DNA from: Lineus longissimus
Taxonomy: Eukaryota
Direction of reading: 5' to 3'
Assembly: GCF_910592395.1 (NCBI RefSeq)
Contig: NC_088308.1
Coordinates: forward strand, 186,001 to 250,000
DNA: 64,000 nucleotides
This document shows positions 62,050-64,000 of the stretch, in pieces (the stretch's first letter is position 1; each line of letters opens with the position of its first letter). The notes under the pieces were generated by a model. That model saw only the letters and a list, made by a program, of their open reading frames with translations. It searched no databases and was not told where the DNA came from. A program made the position numbers and the translations under genes.

Positions 62050-64000
62050 AGTGGCATGAAACTGCATCAGAGAGGATTGCATAGGACATCACATTGGAGT
62101 TCTCGTCATCCACTTAATAAAATCATATTTGTATTTCACTGCATGGGGATGTGCTAATGGCACAGATATGGCCAACTCAACTACTGTTCAGCAAATTTAC
62201 TAGTCAGTTAACTATTATTGACCAATCAGCCATGCTCCCTCTTTGGCTGAAATTACTCTGTTGTAATCCTTTAAGAACCTTTATGAAATATGATTGTGTT
62301 TTGAGGTCAACGGGCATTGTACATGTTATGATGTTATGTATGGCAATGTACAGGTGACCTACCATGGCCATTGTGTCTGTGTCAATATTTGAGAGCGGTA
62401 TGTCAGTTACATTGTAGATACATCAGAAAGTCCATCTGAATCAAGTGATTCCAACATTTTGTTGTGATAATAAGAGATTAATGTTCATGAACTTTTTGAT
62501 TTGCCCAAAGCAGAAATTGTGATAAAACTGGCAAATTCCTGCTAACTTGAGATGCAAATAATAGTCTTCCTGGTAGTTGTCTTTTCTCATTTTGATTGTT
62601 TACACTTGCCACAAAGATGACATCAATTTGATGTCATCGTCACACATTGTCGATTCTTTACAATTGTGTCTAGTCCGTCATCTAGCTATTAAACTGGTGT
62701 GTCGCCATGACGATGTTTGTCAATAGCTGTCTTTGCATTTCATAGGTTCTTTGACCTTCAGATATTACTATGGTTGCGGCCAGACGTGGTTGGTGCTGAA
62801 ATCTTACTGTCGAAACCGCATCAGTATGCTGTATTTATAACAGCTGTCATTTCTCATCTTTTATACCAATTGCTGCCTTAACCATTTCTGATTTATCCTA
62901 AAGGGATGAGTTTAATTTGTATATGATTATCCACTGCTGTTAATAATCTTCATTGTCATGTCTCTGGAGAAATAAAACCAAATCATTCAATTGATTCTAG
63001 TTTTTTGTCTTTGTTCATACGGCAGACGACCAAGAATCCTGATGGTTTGTTCTTTTCATCAAGGACACTGCACTAAGCCGTCACTAACACTGCCACAGGA
63101 TATTTGTGCTTCCTTGTTTTCCATCAACTCCTGATACAAGCGTTCTGTCTTGAAACAGAATGTTTGGACTAAAGGTTGTATCTTCATTTCTATAGAACTA
63201 ATACGAGCTTAAAGGGTAATGGACCATTCTCAGTTGTTATAGAACTCTGAACGCAAACTTCATGTTGGATACACTCAGGCGTCCCTTGCCACCTGTGATT
63301 AATCCATCCTTTGAAAGACAAATAGCCAGGTTTCCTTGTACCTTTGCCAGGGTAAGTGTGACTGGCCATTTGAACCTGAGAATGGCCATTGTTCGAAAGG
63401 AGTTTCCTCCAGACATTCGCCACAAATGAAACAAACTTGAATTAAACAATATACTGATTTTTATTCCATAGAACATACGTAGTCCACTTTGAGTGACAAC
63501 AATTCATGATAAATACATCTTTAAAATAGAATCTTACAATGTATGGCATTATGGTGAGATTTTCAAATAACTCAAATACCGATACATACTGAATTCAAAT
63601 TCCAACTGAACAATGCTGTTTTGTATCCTGACTGATATACAACCACTGAGATGTGTCTGCACCTCGTTGGACACAATGCACACGAACCAACTGACAAGAT
63701 CTCAACAGTCATGTGAAAACAGGCAACTGACTGAGAGGAAGAACAGTGAACTTGATGATCATGGAGACCCACCAAATCGCTGGTACATACAAGCAAGTCT
63801 TTATCAAGTCTTGATACCAGTGAGTTTAATATCAAATTTTGATTGTTTGCGCTGACCAGAAAAAGTTTTATAAGTACAACAATAACGACACATCACAACA
63901 TCTCGTAAATGTAAACACTGTTGCGAATGTGTCAAAAAGAACTGAGTTTTAAGCGTAGCTGTTCCCACGATGGAAGTGATCTACCTGCTCCTTCCTGTTC

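Overview
AT-rich eukaryotic genomic DNA with GT-AG introns, from an invertebrate bilaterian (species not determinable here). It carries four spliced protein-coding genes reconstructed by hand. (1) The 3' coding exon of a DDIT4/REDD1-family gene (+, ~2.1-2.6 kb). (2) A 10-exon LIM-RA-SARAH RASSF2/4/6-type gene (+, 6082-16519, 397 aa). (3) A very large TET methylcytosine dioxygenase (-, 24212-49441, 9 coding exons, ~3368 aa). (4) An 8-exon acid lipase of the LIPA/LIPF family (+, 58034-62049). The TET gene is the most unusual object. No CXXC domain could be found. Its catalytic DSBH domain is split by a ~1640-aa insert holding four copies of an apparent amphipathic-helix motif plus corepressor-type linear motifs. 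A 30-bp tandem repeat triplicates an in-frame splice donor inside the catalytic region. Non-coding DNA holds many minisatellites, including a 29-unit 68-bp higher-order array fused to a retrotransposon endonuclease remnant and a palindromic CpG-rich 56-bp array, plus MITE and SINE remnants. No CRISPR array, rRNA or intact tRNA was found.
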